Shown: positions 33,000 to 46,902, counted from the stretch's first letter. The stretch: DNA of 64,000 nt from Neoconidiobolus thromboides FSU 785 (GCA_025603075.1 MU626294.1:1-64000), one strand, 5' to 3'. Numbers and translations are program-made. The notes: a model not told the origin generated them from the letters alone.

Positions 33000-34000
33000 A
33001 CCTCAAACTAGATTTAAAACTGCCATCAGATCACACTACGAAACTTTCCCATTTTATTTCTTTATTTTTTCCACTTCAAACTTCTAGTTATCATCATTTC
33101 CCACCCTTTACATCTAACTTAACTATAATACCAACTATATCACCAAATGAACTAAAAGCAGTAAAAATTGATCTAAAACAACAAAATTAAACAAAAAGCC
33201 GATTACCTATCCGAAAATTAATCCAGTTTTTAATAGAAATTGCTAATTTTTAATTTTTCAACACTGAATTAACTATAGTAAATGAAGATAAAAGAATAAA
33301 CAAGAGAGCTCAATAATTAGAACTTTAAACCAGAAGACACATTAAAGTGGAGTTAAATACTTAGTTTAATATTGGTATTTTAAGAAATGGGGATCTGCAA
33401 TTTATAACTTTAATCATTGTTACTTTAATTAAATTTACTAAGATTACCGTAGCTTAAGGATTTACCGCCCTTCTTTTATATAGCTATAGGAACTTTTTAA
33501 TCCATGCTTTACAAAATGCTAATCAAAAAATTTAATTTATTAATTTATCTGATCTTGAAGCAGATTATAGCTAAATGTTTTTTGTTATTTAATTTGTAGT
33601 TAAATTTTTTTAATGTAATCTAAATGATATGTAAAACCTACTAAGTTGATTTCATACTAAGAATGCTTGTCCCAAATTAAAAATAACGAATGCCACCTAA
33701 CTATAACCTGTTTATTGGCAGGTTGAAACTGAACCTATTGCCATTGTGGCTTTCAACAAAAAATGACTCTAGTTTTTTGATTGGAAAATTTTACTAAATA
33801 GGAGCTACAGTTCAAAAATACGGTATTGCAATTTAACCTCGGAAAAATGAATAAAAGAACAAGGAATCAAACTCCCTGACAAGGATTTACTATAAAAGGT
33901 AATTAAACTAGCATTTTGTAGTAAGCTCAATTCCAATACCACCAAAAAAAATTGATCAAGTTTTAAAAGGTGGAAAACACCATAATTTAAAGAGAATAAA
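33000..34000 (+). mobile_element. Possible highly decayed non-LTR (LINE-like) retroelement relic
   Basis: Fragments NFKPEDT and GVKYL(V) (33321-33366, different frames) resemble the RT N..KT and KYLG motifs; V-E-T-E near 33722-33733 recalls the C-terminal ET..H knuckle. Many stops. Confidence 0.3.
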
Positions 34001-34307
34001 AAACTAAGTAAACTTTATCCACTCTTCCACTTTATATCGTCCTAATGCTATACTACCTTAATCATTTCATTTTAGAGTAATAAAACATAAAGCCCTGGAA
34101 CTATTGTTTTTAAAAAAAAAGAATAAAAACAAGCTTAAAAGTAAAAACAAGTTTGAATAATAAATTGATTCTACACATACGATAATGAAACGAGTTTTGA
34201 AAAAGAATTTAGAACAAGTAATAATTAAGTATAAATACTCAAACATAATCCCAATTCAAAGATTTATTTCTCAAAAAATAACAATTAAAAAATACCAAAT
34301 TAAAAAC

Positions 34308-36247
34308 ATGGGAGCTACACAAACTCAAAAATACCCTAATGGAGTGGTACGTCATGTCTTAGATATGAGTGAAGCTGAATTACCAACTTATATTGAAGAT
34401 ACTGATGGTCAAGTAGAAAAGGCAACTTTCCCTTTTATCCCTTTCCACATAAACTAACTTCTTCATTACTCTTTAGGTCCACACCAAATTACTTGCCAAC
34501 TGGCGCAATGGTAAAACTCGACCAATGAGTTATCGTAGACAACAGTTACTTGCATTATTATCCGTGGTTAAAGAAAGATATAGTATGATTATTGAAGCAT
34601 TAGTTCGAGATTTTAAATCGCGTAATGAAGCTGCTTTAGAAGTAGCTAGTGTGATTCAAGAAATTACCGATTATCTAGAAAATTTAGATGAATGGGCTGA
34701 ACCTGAAGTAGTTAAAACTCCAATTGGTAAGTTAAATATTAGGTGTAAATAAGATTAAATAATAATTCTTTCTTTTTCTTTTTCTGTTTCTTTTAGGAAA
34801 TGCTTTTGATACCGCTAAAATTTTATATGAACCCTATGGTTTATGGTTAAATATAGCACCATGGAATTTCCCGATTGTATTAACTTTAGCTCCGTTAATT
34901 GGTGCAATTGCAGCTGGCAATGCATGTGTTATTAAACCATCTGAATTAGCACCCAATTCAGCTGCTATTATTAAATTAATATTAGAAGAAGCTTTAGATA
35001 GTGATTGTTATGCTGTATTATCAGGTGCTAAAGAAATTACTACTACTATTTTGAAGTTCAAATGGGATTTTATTTTATATACTGGAAATAGGTAATGAAA
35101 ATAGATGGTATTATAATTTTATTTATTTGTTTATTAGTACTGTTGCACGTATTGTTATGGAAGCAGCCTCTAAGCATTTGACACCGGTGGCATTAGAATT
35201 AGGTGGTAAATCACCTGTATTTATTGATGAAAAAACAGCTGATTTACGTATTGCTGCACGTCGTATCGTATGGGGTAAATTGATGAATGCAGGTCAAATT
35301 TGTATTACAGTAGATTATTGTTTCATTCATCCAAGTATTAAAGAGAAATTTGTTAAGTTAATTCAAGAAGAAATCACCAATTTCTATGGTATTGAAACTA
35401 AAAATAATCCCGATTATCCAAAGATTGTATTATCAAGACATGTAGAAAGAATTGCTAAATTATTACCCAATCAAAACTCTCCTAAATCCCATGGTAAAAT
35501 TGTTTATGGGGGTAATTATGATGTCGAAGAAAGATACTTTGAACCTACTGTAGTTGTAGATTTAGATATTAACGAAGCTCCTTTAATGAATGAAGAAATT
35601 TTTGGTCCAATTTTACCTATTATTGAAATGCCTAATGTACAAAGTTGTATCGATTACTTAAAAACAAAGTAAGTATTTATAAATTATTATCATTATAGAA
35701 CAATTCTTATATTTAATTTTAGAGATAAACCATTAGCACTATATATCTTTTCAGATGATCAAAAATATATTGATAATATATTAAATAATATCTCTTCAGG
35801 TGGTGTTTCAATTAATGATATTTTAGCTCATTTCTTAGGTAATTAATTATTATACTCTATCACTACACATTTTAACTAGCTTATTTTATTTAATTAGTCC
35901 CTAGCTTACCTTTCGGTGGAATTGGAGAAAGTGGTATGGGCAGTTACCATGGTATCCATAGTTTTAAAGAGTTTTCACATAAAAGAGCTATGTACCAATC
36001 TACCAAATATCGTAGTTTAGAACCCTTGTTAACTTTACGTTATCCACCAGCTCAATTAGAACAAGCATTGCCATTAAATTTTACAAGTTATTTGTATTCT
36101 AATGAACCTACTAGCTCTTTCTTAGGTAAATTAGTTAATCATACTATGAGTGGTGTAAGATGGGTATTGGCTGCTGCTTTAGTTAATTTTACTGGTAGAG
36201 CCGATGGAAAGAAATTTTCTTTTGATAAGGAACCTAGAAACGAATAA
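34308..36247 (+). CDS. Aldehyde dehydrogenase, ALDH3/fatty aldehyde dehydrogenase family (multi-exon)
   Basis: [29 protein letters not shown], catalytic [14 protein letters not shown] and [11 protein letters not shown] motifs distributed over exons separated by short introns. Confidence 0.93.
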
Positions 36248-36754
36248 TTGAATTGAAAGTATATTTTACCTTTTATTAAAATTGGAATAAATTGAAACTG
36301 TTTTATTTATATAAATAATTGCTACTATTTTATTATTTATGAGTTCATGTTATGTTGAATAAGTTCTTTACTTTATTTCTATTATTTAAAAAATTCATTT
36401 TATTAATATTTATAAATGTTGAATTCTATCGGTGGTTTCTTTATCAAAAGAAATCAAGTAGGATTATACTAATTATTTTATTTTAAACATCATAAAATCA
36501 AAATTGGTTACCATTAATTAATCTTTTATTTTCTTAATATCAGTTACTAAATAAATAGAATAACAAAATCTCAGCTGTGAAAAAATACGAACCTTTCAAC
36601 ACTATCAAAAAACAAGTATCTAAAAGAAACTAACAAAAAAAGCTATAATTTAACGTATAACTTACAATCAAAAAAATATGAATCTTTACTTTCAAAAAAA
36701 TATGACATCTCCATTTACTACTATGCTTCCCTTGCTCCCATCCATCATTTCTGT

Positions 36755-37512
36755 TCAATCCTCCAACAGCCATTTTTTCTTAGCTGCCAACTTTTTTTCC
36801 TTCCTCCTTTCCTTCAATTTATCCACAATTTTCTTTGTCATTTTTGTTTTCTTCCCACTCAACATTTGACCTTGTAATTCAGCTCCTCTTTGTTGCATAA
36901 ACCCATTATAATCAAAGAAAGCGGAACATTGTCTTAAAGATTTATTTTCATATGAAAAATTTTCTGGTTGTAAACTTGGATCCGGTTGGAATTTCCCTGA
37001 TTTGGAATTAAAGTGAGCGGTAGCAACATATTGCGAAGAAGTAGATAAGGATGGGTGATTTGGGTTTTCTTGTGAAAGATAGTAGTTATATTCAATAGAG
37101 TTAATCGCTGATTGAGTAGCTATAAGTCAAAAAAATTAGTTTAATTATTATTCAAAAGATGGAAATTAATCAAATTTATTTTACATATATATAGCTTACC
37201 TAAATCTGTTTCTTCAGCAATAGCAGCTACTGCAGCTGTAGGATCTATTGTATTTCTATTCATTATTGGTAGTTCATAACTAGTTTCATTTGTTTCTGTA
37301 TTCCAATAATAATAGCATTGATAATTATTATCCCAACATGTTTTCCAAGGTAATAAACTATCGTCTTCTAATAAAGTATAAGCAGAAGAATCCATGGTGG
37401 AAGTTGAATTTTCATTGACAGTATCTTTAACTTCTATTTCCTCATCATTAGTTGGCTTTGGCGAATTGAGTTCTTTTGTTTCTGGTTCAGCTATTTTTTG
37501 TGGTGAGCTCAT
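36755..37512 (-). CDS. WW-domain protein (exons 37512-37200, 37119-36755)
   Basis: WW domain WKTCWDNNYQCYYYWNTETNETSYELP; phase-1 intron 37199-37120 gives an open exon 2 (..FNSKSGKFQ..RQCSAFFD..KKKWLLED*). Confidence 0.85.
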
Positions 37513-37864
37513 TCTTCTATTTTGTGAGTTGAAGTGTTGAAATGAGTTAAAAAAGTTGAAATTTATTTTTAAACTAGGCTTAGTTTTTGAACTTTTCTTA
37601 GTTTTAAGTAACCAATTAAAATGGATTTGATTTCAACTTACTTTATTTGTTATATAAGGAAGTAAATAGAATTTTGAGAATTTTTTTTGAGTTTATTGAA
37701 AAAAAATTTTAAGTGAAAAGGGTGCAGAGAAAGAAAGGAATTAAATAAGAAATTGCTAAAGATTTATATAAAGTCCTAAAAAAAAGAACAAGTTTTATAA
37801 AAGTATTATAAACCAAAGAAATTTGTGAATAGTCAAAATATAAATATTTTAATAGATAAGAAAA

Positions 37865-40800
37865 ATGGATCAAATGAACAATAATGACAACAACATAAAC
37901 GAAATAAATCCATTGCCTATAGAACAATCAACAAACAATATAGAATCAGTTGAACTCAATCAAAGTTTGCCCACTACTTCAAGTAGAAAGAAAAAAAAAC
38001 GGTATAACTTAAATCCGGAATTAATAAAACAAAAAGAAAAGCAAGTCTATTCTATATTAGAACATCAATTAGATTTAGAATTATATATGAAAAAAAAGGA
38101 GTTAGCAGTTATTGAAAATGAGCTAGATTTAGCTAAACAAGTGGAAAATTTATTGGGAAATTGGCTAAAAGGTAAGGATTAAGGAATATTTTATTTGAAT
38201 TATTTTTATACCAACTAGTCATCTATATTATAAAATAGTAACTAATTGACTTTTAATTAATGTTTCTTTATTTGTATAGCTGAAGCTTCTTTAGGTGATA
38301 AGAAAGATATCACTGATTTAAAAGAATTAAATACACAATTACAAAATAGTAATAAGAGACAAAAAGGGTTTATAGAATCGAATTCATTTAAAAATAAAAT
38401 GAAAACGAATTTTTTATATGTTAAAAAAGAAGATGGTACTTTTGTTAAGTAAGTTAATAGGGTTTCAATTTAAATTGTTTTGTTTTATATGTAAAATCAA
38501 ATCATCTAATGAACAATCTTATTAATCTTTTTTAATTTTGTTCAATAGATTAATCTGTACGGAATGTGGTCGTTCTAATTTTGGTAGTAATCAAGGGTTT
38601 ATTAATCATTGTAGAATCTCACATAATATTGATTTTCCAACACACCAAGAAGCAGCTATTGCATGTGGTATTGAAGTACCAGAAAGTGAAGTACCATTAG
38701 ATCATAAATGTCGAAGGACACATATTAAACCAGTGGTTAATCCATTAAAATCAAAAATTGCCTTTGGCTGCGGTAGTACATTATATAAACAATTTCAACG
38801 ATTAAATAAAGAATTATTGGATGATAAGGTAAGGAACTTTATTATTATTATTATTATAGAATAGTATATTAATAATTAACTTATTTTTATTTAATAATAT
38901 ATTAATTATTTTATTTTTTATAGCCTAAAATTAAAGTTTATGAGGAAGATGTGAATTTAGAGGATAATTTAAGTGATCATTCTAATACTAATTCGTTAGC
39001 TTCATCGTTGAAAGAGAGATTAACGAACAAAAATGAAGATGTTCAATTGAAACCAAGTGGTAAAAAGCTGGCTAGACAACCATTGAACTTTAATTCAAAG
39101 GTAGAGAAAGAAGAGGGAAAAGAGAAAGAAGAGGGAAATTATAAAAAAGAAGAAGGGAATTATGAAAAAGAAAAGGAAAGTTGCAAAAAAGAAGAAAAGG
39201 AACTCGAGGTGAGTGAAATTAGTAAGAAAAATCAAGAAGAAGATCAATACTATTTAAAGGAAAAAAAAATAGAAAAAATAGAAAAAGAAGTTAAAATAGA
39301 AAAGATAATAAAAGAAGATGAAATCCAAAATTTGGAAAAAAAAGTAGAAACAATAAAACAAGTTAGTAGCATTAAAAAAGAAGAACTTAAAAATAATAGA
39401 GTGGAGTTGTTAAGTAAGTTCAATTAATTTTTTATTAAGTAACAAAACATAGTAATATTTTGATTAATCAATAGAAATTCAATCTACTCCATGGACAGAT
39501 ACTAGTCTACAAAATCGATTAATAGATCAACAAAATTTGGAAAAAGAAAGAGGTATTTATGATAACATATTAATAGTATAACAATAATATTTTTTTAGTA
39601 ACAAATAATTGTAAAGATGGACAAGATACATCATTATCAGCTCAATTAGGGTTGGATTATACATCTAGATTTTATATCAAAAAAAGAATTATTGTAGGAA
39701 ATGTATCTAAATATTTACCACCAGGTAAAATAGATTAACTTTAATATAATTAAATATAATAATAAGATATTAAATGTATTAATTTATAAAATAGAAAATA
39801 GAAAAGAAGAAAGTAGTTATTTTAAATGGATGATTTATATCTCTGGTCCATCTTATGTAATTTTTGTTTAATAATAATAATAGTAATAATAATAATAATA
39901 ACAATAATAATATTTTAATTTAGGATCCTGATTTATCTGGATTTATATCTAAAGTACGATTTTATTTACATCCAAGCTATAAACCCAATGATGTAATTGA
40001 AGTACTAAATCCGCCATTTCATTTAACTAATTATGGCTGGGGGGAATTTCCTATTAGAATTCAATTACATTTTCATGATACTAAAAATAAACCTATGGAT
40101 TTTATTCATCAATTAAAAGTAAGCCTAATTATTTAATAAAAATCTTAAAATTTATTTATTTATTAATAATAATTAATAATTAATTTTTATTTTAGTTAGA
40201 CCATCAATTAACTGGAATTCAACAATTAGGTGATGAAAGAATGTTAGATATTGAATTGGATAGAAATACTAAGTTCTTATCTAAATTGGAAATTGGAAAA
40301 AACAAAACTCATTCGATTAATCAACAAAATGAAATACAATGGATTCCAGCTGGTAAGCTTATATATATTAATATTTAAATATAATATTTAAATGTATTTT
40401 ATATATTAATTATTTTTATAATTTATTAGATTTTGGCATAAATAAAACAATTCATCAAATGCTATTACATTTATTAAAAGACCATCCAATTATATGTAAA
40501 AAACAAGATATGGAATTACCATATACAATAGCCCCTAATTCCAATGTTTATTATCATGAGTGGACAGAAGGTAGAAGAAAAAGTAGTGAATATTTAAGAA
40601 GTTATTATTTATATGAAAATTTAAAAAAAGAAAACATAATATTAGAAAATGAAGAAAACAATATATTAATCCAACAATTAACAATTAAACAATTAATTAA
40701 TTGGTGTAAAATATATGATCTTAAATTAGAAAATAAAGGAAGTATAAGTTTAATACCAATTAAAGATCGATTAGCTAATCAAGGATATTGTAAATGTTGT

Positions 40801-41606
40801 GGTATTTATGGGAAAGTCAATTTAAATTATTTTTGTTTATTATGTTTAAAAGTAAATGAATTACAAGTGAATTCGTTATCAAATTGTGATTGTTTATTAA
40901 ATCAATTACCTAAGGGTTGGGATCAGTTATTTCAAGTAAAAAATAATGAAGTTGAAAACGAAGATGAAGATGAGGAAGATTTAATTATCATTGATGATGA
41001 ACCGTCGGAAATGGAAGTTAATTTGGGAAATCAAAGAGTTATTCAATTATGGAAAGAGAAAAATAGAGAAGAGAAATTACAAGTACCTTCATTTGTTAGT
41101 GATAATGAAATGAAATTTATAATTGAACAAGTTAAATTATTAAAATTATCTACATTTAATAAATTTAATTTAAATCCGAAAATTGTACCCTCAATGTTAG
41201 CTATAGTAAGTTTATTATTTTATTATTTTATTATTTTATGATGACATTTTTTATTAATATTATTTTATTTTTATTTTTATTTTTATTTTAGGCCACTCGT
41301 TTATTTTTAATTAAATTATTAAACCATACTCTTAATGTATATGATCAACAAACAGATACTAAAAATAATTCAGCTATTGATCTAAATCAAGCAATGAGAT
41401 TAAATTTAAATAATAATAATAATAATTTAAATAATAATTTAAATAATAATTTAAATAATAATAACTCAATTAAAAATCAACCCCGTCTATTGACCCCAAT
41501 TCATATATGGAAAGCATTAATGAGTTTAAATAACAATAATTCGAATAATTCAAATAATAATAATTTTGATTTTTTATTAAATTGTTTTATGGGACATGAA
41601 AAATAA
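37865..41606 (+). CDS. YEATS2: YEATS2-like protein with Ahc1-like C2H2 zinc finger and C-terminal histone-fold-like region (multi-exon)
   Basis: Spliced YEATS domain [45 protein letters not shown]; N-terminal coiled coil ([14 protein letters not shown]); [20 protein letters not shown] finger. Confidence 0.8.
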
Positions 41607-41708
41607 ATTAAGGAAATCAACAATTCATGGTATTATTATTATCAATATCTTCGTCATTCTATCTCTCATCTTTGTTATTATTATTATTATCATAACAATA
41701 ATTTAACT

Positions 41709-43750
41709 TTATTGATCAATTTCAAATAAAGGTAACAAATCCTTTAATCTTTGTTTTGTATCTGGATTGGATTTTAAATGTTGTTGTACTCTTAATGTTA
41801 ATGCTTGTTTTAAAGTATTGGACTGTTTTAATACTTTTTCTAAAGGTTCTCGGGGTAATTGTAACAATATTGGATGGGAGCTGTTACCTATTATCTAGAA
41901 ATAAAAAACAATGTAAGCCAGAGTAAAGTAGAGCAAATTAATTTTAATATTATTATTCTATTATTTATAACTTACATTACAAACCATAATAAACCCTTCA
42001 AATAATGTAGGCATTAAATATATCTTTTTTTGTACTAATTTCATTAATAAACTTGGTGTCCAATTTAATATTTGTTTATTCTCAGGATATAATTTTAGTA
42101 ATTCTAATACCTAAATAAATTTAATTATTAACACTCTTATTTAATAATATAATAAATAAAAATAAAAATAAATTCAACTTACTGTCCTCATAAAAAATAA
42201 AGGTAATTTTTTAAAATCTAATAATTTAATAATACTATCCATTATTAAATTAGGTGTATAATTAACGTTATCTTTCAAACAAATTTTTAAAGCTAAAAGA
42301 AGAAAATAAATAAAATTATTCGCAATCACTTCTTATAAATTATAATATAATATTAATAGTTACCTTTGATAACTCCCATTTTATTAATCTCCAACTTAGG
42401 ATCATGTAATAAGCAAATAACTTGTTCTACGGACATTAATTGATCTTTTATAATAATGGAAAATATATTGAAGGTATCTTTTAATTCACCTTGACTTAAA
42501 TAATAAATTAATTGACTAATTATACTTTCAAGTTGTTCCTAGATTAAATCATTAATTCTTTTATTATTATTAAATCCTAATGTCTATTTTACTTTTTCAT
42601 AATATTTCAATATTGGTAATATTAATTTTAATGTACTTGCATTTGACTCAAAGGTTTTAATTAATTCATTCAATAATGGCAATAAATCTATTAAAAAAAA
42701 CAATAACATTAATAAATATTTCCAATCAAAATCTTAAAATTAATTTACCTTCTTTTTCTTTTTCTTTAATAAAGCCCAATAATCCTTTTAAACTCAAATC
42801 CTGTGCTCCATTTGGTGGTTGACAAACCAAATGTATAAAAACCAGATGTTGTTTATTAAACATGGCCGCTTTTTCTTCCATCAATTTTAATAATAATTCT
42901 TGAACTTTACTATCTAATTGAGGAAATAGATTAAATATATCCATTAGTAAATCATTATCCTTAGCACATAAATTTAAATACAATTCAATTCTATGAATTA
43001 TATTCTGTTCTAATTCATTATCTTGCTCTTGTATCGAAGTATTGATTAAAAAACTTAAATTTTCTTTTGTAAATGTTTGTAAATAAGAAGTAATAACGTG
43101 ATGGGAGTGGTAAATATCAGTGAGTGTAGAGATACTTAATAAACGTAATTCTTGATCTAATGATAAACTAAATTTAATCAATAATTTTAGACTTTGAATT
43201 CTTAATTTCACTCGATGCAATGCTATTGATTTAATAATCTTTAAGCCTGCATTATATCTATAATAGAAAGATTAAAATCTTATTTTTTTATTTTAAAAAA
43301 AGTGTTAACTTACTTCAAACTTTCTGTACAAATCAATTCCAATTTCTCCAAAAATTCTTCCAAGATTACAGGTACTCCATTCAATACCTCTAACAGCGCC
43401 ACATCATCTTCCTGAATCAATTGTAAGTATTCTTCAATCAACTTCCTCATCCCAACTCGATAATTTTCTGTAACACCTAGTTCCCCTAACTCTCCTTCTT
43501 TCGCATTAGTAAATTCATGCCAACTCCATTCAATAATCAATTGTGAATAACTATTTAAATCTTTTAAAGCAAATTGAAATAATAATGAACGTAAGCTAGT
43601 TTCCTGAAATCCAGAACTCGAATCAAGTATAGTAATTTTACTTATTAATTCGGACCATGTGAGACTTTGTCGTGGTCGTTTGGTGAGTCGGGTTTCACTA
43701 CTTAAAATCCTTGAACATGCTTCAATAAGTTGTGCTTTTTGAGCTTCCAT
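41709..43750 (-). CDS. Symplekin C-terminal-half protein (multi-exon)
   Basis: LLFQFALKD..LIIEWSWHEF, SPLELIIALHD, LPLFFMRTV and LLQLPREPL segments match my recollection of the symplekin C region; stop at 41709-41711. 5' end uncertain. Confidence 0.7.
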
Positions 43751-44571
43751 TTTTTTGAAGATTGTTAAAACTGAAAAAGAAAGTTAATTATTGGTTTTTG
43801 ACTATGTCTCAAATTTTCAATTTCAAAAAATCTTCTATTTTTTAAATCAACTTAATTTACACCTTATTAATGTTTTGCTCACAATACTCAAGTTGATTAA
43901 AAGCTCCAAAACAATCAATGAAGATGCGTTTTTACTAAAATGGAATATTTTAGTAGAATATCAATATATAGTTTGCTATACTATATTCAGTTTTATTTGA
44001 GTATATTAATTAAAGTTAAAGTTAAGGTTAAAGTCAGGGTAGGATTAGGGCCATTTAATAGAATTCCCATCTTTTTAAATGACGTTTTTTTATTCAAGCC
44101 ATTTTTTGGACTTGAAAGGGTAATCTTTAGATGTTTTTGACTCAACTCCCTCACCTTTTTAAATAACTAAAAAAATAATAGCATTTTTAAGCAAGAATTG
44201 AAATAAAATGTTCAAAGTTTTGATTAAGAGATTGTTTTTTATATTTTACTACTAAAAGTGCTTTAATGTTATCTATTTTTATTACAAAAAGCATCAACAA
44301 ATTAAACAAATTATAAGTTATGTTTATAAATATTCAATTTTTGAATTTTAAGCTTACTTTTATTTAATATTATGTCTATATTATATATTATTACACAGTC
44401 TTTCAATTCCATAATAAATCATTCAAAAGCCTATAACACTTCAAAAAATATTATGTAGCTAGATGATAAGCAATTTATAGTAAATGAGAAAAAAGTCTAC
44501 TAAAAAACTATACCAAAAAAACATATCGAAAAATCCAAAAGTAGCTAATAGTTTTTTTATCGTAAATTAAA

Positions 44572-45990
44572 TTAAGGGTTACCACAATAAATCGAATTGC
44601 CAGCTTGTATACATACTGAGGTACCTGGACAAGATAACTTAATCCATTGGCTATGCGCACACTGATAATAAGTGGATCCTTTAGTTGCACCGCAAGTATA
44701 GGAACCATCTTGACAACTTCCAGTTGGCTCAGGACCTTGAGAAGTTGAAGTAACAGAAGTAGTAGAAGTAGTAATTAAAGTGGTAGAAGTAGCAGTAGAA
44801 GTAAAAGTAGCAGTAGTTGAAGTGACAGTTGAAGTGACAGTTGAAGTAGTGGAAGGACTACAAGAACCCGTGTTATAAACATTTTGTAAAGCTGAAAGTA
44901 ATTGATGTTGATAATCATTATCCATAGCCCATAACATAGCACCTCTTAACCCATTGCATCTTACATAATCCGTTTTTACTTTTAAAGATTGTATATCATC
45001 ATAAGCAATGAAAGTCTTTGTATTCTTATTAAATAACCATGGAGTTTGAGTAATCGAATCAAATTTTCTAATCCAACCAGCAGCATCATTAGCCTCTAAT
45101 GGAGATTTTAATATTTTTTGAGTAATTAAAGCATTGTAAGAATAGCCTGGTGAATTGGCGTTAGTGATTTTTTGATATTGATCTGTATTTGTCATGTCGA
45201 CTCCAACACCTGCTGAGAAACCATAGAAAGGTACACCAACAACTAATTTATCATAAGTAAACCCTGCATTACTCCAATCTCTTACAGTTTGTTTAACAGA
45301 GAATGGAGCTCCTTTACCAGGTTGATAATCTAAGCCACCTACTGGCCCAGTAGTTGTTTCCCAAGTACCATTAAAATCATAACACATTAAATTAAGCCAA
45401 TCAAATAAAGGTACAAAAGCCCTAACATCGTTCAATGGGCCATTTGGACCATCAAATGGCTGTGCTCTTACAGCAGCGGTAATTAATTTATTGCCCAAAG
45501 CTGTACGTAACTCTTTCAGTAACAATAAAAAGTTAGCGGTGTCTTGTGGAGATACAATATTTCCTTCAGCACCGTTTCTTCCAGGGTATTCCCAATCTAT
45601 ATCGATACCATCTAAGTTAAATTTGTTTACAAAGGCAACTGTATTGGCTACAAATTGCTTTCTTTTATTGATATCTGCGGCCATTGGAGAAAAGTATTTT
45701 GACCCTGTCCAGCCACCAATCGAGATAGATACTTTGGTACTGGTTTGATGTGCTTTGGTTACTAAATCTCTTAATGTATTCTCGGTTTCAATTTTTGGAT
45801 TGAATCCATTATCAGTAAACAAAGCAAAAGCATAATTAATATGCGTTACTTTACTGAAATCAATGGCACTAACAGGGTATTGGCCTAATGTCCAATCAGA
45901 AAAGTAACCTACTACTACTTTGGCCGGAGCTTGACTAGTGATACTAGAGATAGCTAAACTAACTACTAAGAGGAAAGAGGAAATTTTCAT
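44572..45990 (-). CDS. Secreted GH18 chitinase with Ser/Thr linker and C-terminal six-Cys chitin-binding module (CBM19-like)
   Basis: DGIDIDWEYP catalytic motif; close paralog of 8935-10071; T/S-rich linker then CQDGSYTC..YYQCAHSQWIKLSCPGTSVC..C. Confidence 0.95.
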   Translation of the reverse strand: MKISSFLLVVSLAISSITSQAPAKVVVGYFSDWTLGQYPVSAIDFSKVTHINYAFALFTDNGFNPKIETENTLRDLVTKAHQTSTKVSISIGGWTGSKYFSPMAADINKRKQFVANTVAFVNKFNLDGIDIDWEYPGRNGAEGNIVSPQDTANFLLLLKELRTALGNKLITAAVRAQPFDGPNGPLNDVRAFVPLFDWLNLMCYDFNGTWETTTGPVGGLDYQPGKGAPFSVKQTVRDWSNAGFTYDKLVVGVPFYGFSAGVGVDMTNTDQYQKITNANSPGYSYNALITQKILKSPLEANDAAGWIRKFDSITQTPWLFNKNTKTFIAYDDIQSLKVKTDYVRCNGLRGAMLWAMDNDYQHQLLSALQNVYNTGSCSPSTTSTVTSTVTSTTATFTSTATSTTLITTSTTSVTSTSQGPEPTGSCQDGSYTCGATKGSTYYQCAHSQWIKLSCPGTSVCIQAGNSIYCGNP

Positions 45991-46902
45991 ATTAAACGTT
46001 AAAGGAATGTAAAAATAGTTAAATTTTTATAATATTATTTGAAATATTTCCTGCTCTACTTATATACTTTGAATTCACCACCTTTCAAGCGGAATGACTA
46101 TTATTATTACATTGTATTATTGATCTTATAGTCAGTGATTCCTTTTATTAACATAATTTGATAATAGGATTTAGGATCATTTGTAAAATTTCTAACACCT
46201 ACATTGCACTCATGAATTAAAACTTAAAATCACCATTATCCTATCTTTGGTATTATGGTGAATAAACAATATTTCTGATAATCATTTAACTTAAAATATT
46301 CATTATTATTTTACTGAAATCTTAAGCACATTTAATATAACTTGAACGCCATAGCTTGATCATAGTATTAACTTATCAAAATGACTTAGGAGTAAAATCA
46401 AGTGTTTAATCACATTTTTTTTTATTGTTTTTTTAGATTTTATTGAGTTTGGAAAAGTTGATCTAGTCATTTTAAATTTACTAAGAGCTTTTAAAAGTCA
46501 CCTCAAAAACATTCTATTCTAACAACTTAATCTTTCAGTAATTAAAATAACTGAAATTTTGAGTTAAGCCTTTGAGTACTAGAGATCTAGATAAATTTTG
46601 TTCAATTGGATCGGAATTTGGTTCATCTTTTAATTATTAAACAATGATTTTTGCTTATTCAAGACTAATTTGATGAACAATGTTAGTCTAATGTACTCAA
46701 GTGGTTAACCCTACTACTAATCACAGTCAACTATCTCAGCTCAATCCTTTAGCTCATTCTTTAAAAAGTTTTACGCAATTTTTGAAAAAAAAATAATGCA
46801 AAGAGTAATTTTATTTGCGGCTTATCACGTCAACAACTAGAAAAAGCAAAAGTCCATTTACATTTTTTAAAAGCAATCCTTTATTTTTTTTAAAAAATAC
46901 AA

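Noticed and set aside
8878-34307. Extended ORF-track starts at 8878, 15890, 30984 and 34185
   Set aside because: Paralog alignment, targeting peptides and A-rich ATG context favour 8935, 15959, 31053 and 34308.
4671-45748. Short track ORFs overlapping real genes (e.g. 2273, 4671, 6539, 9090, 11123, 14761, 16183, 16251, 23744, 24260, 27346, 44508, 45491)
   Set aside because: Antisense or frame shadows of well-supported genes, with no independent motifs.
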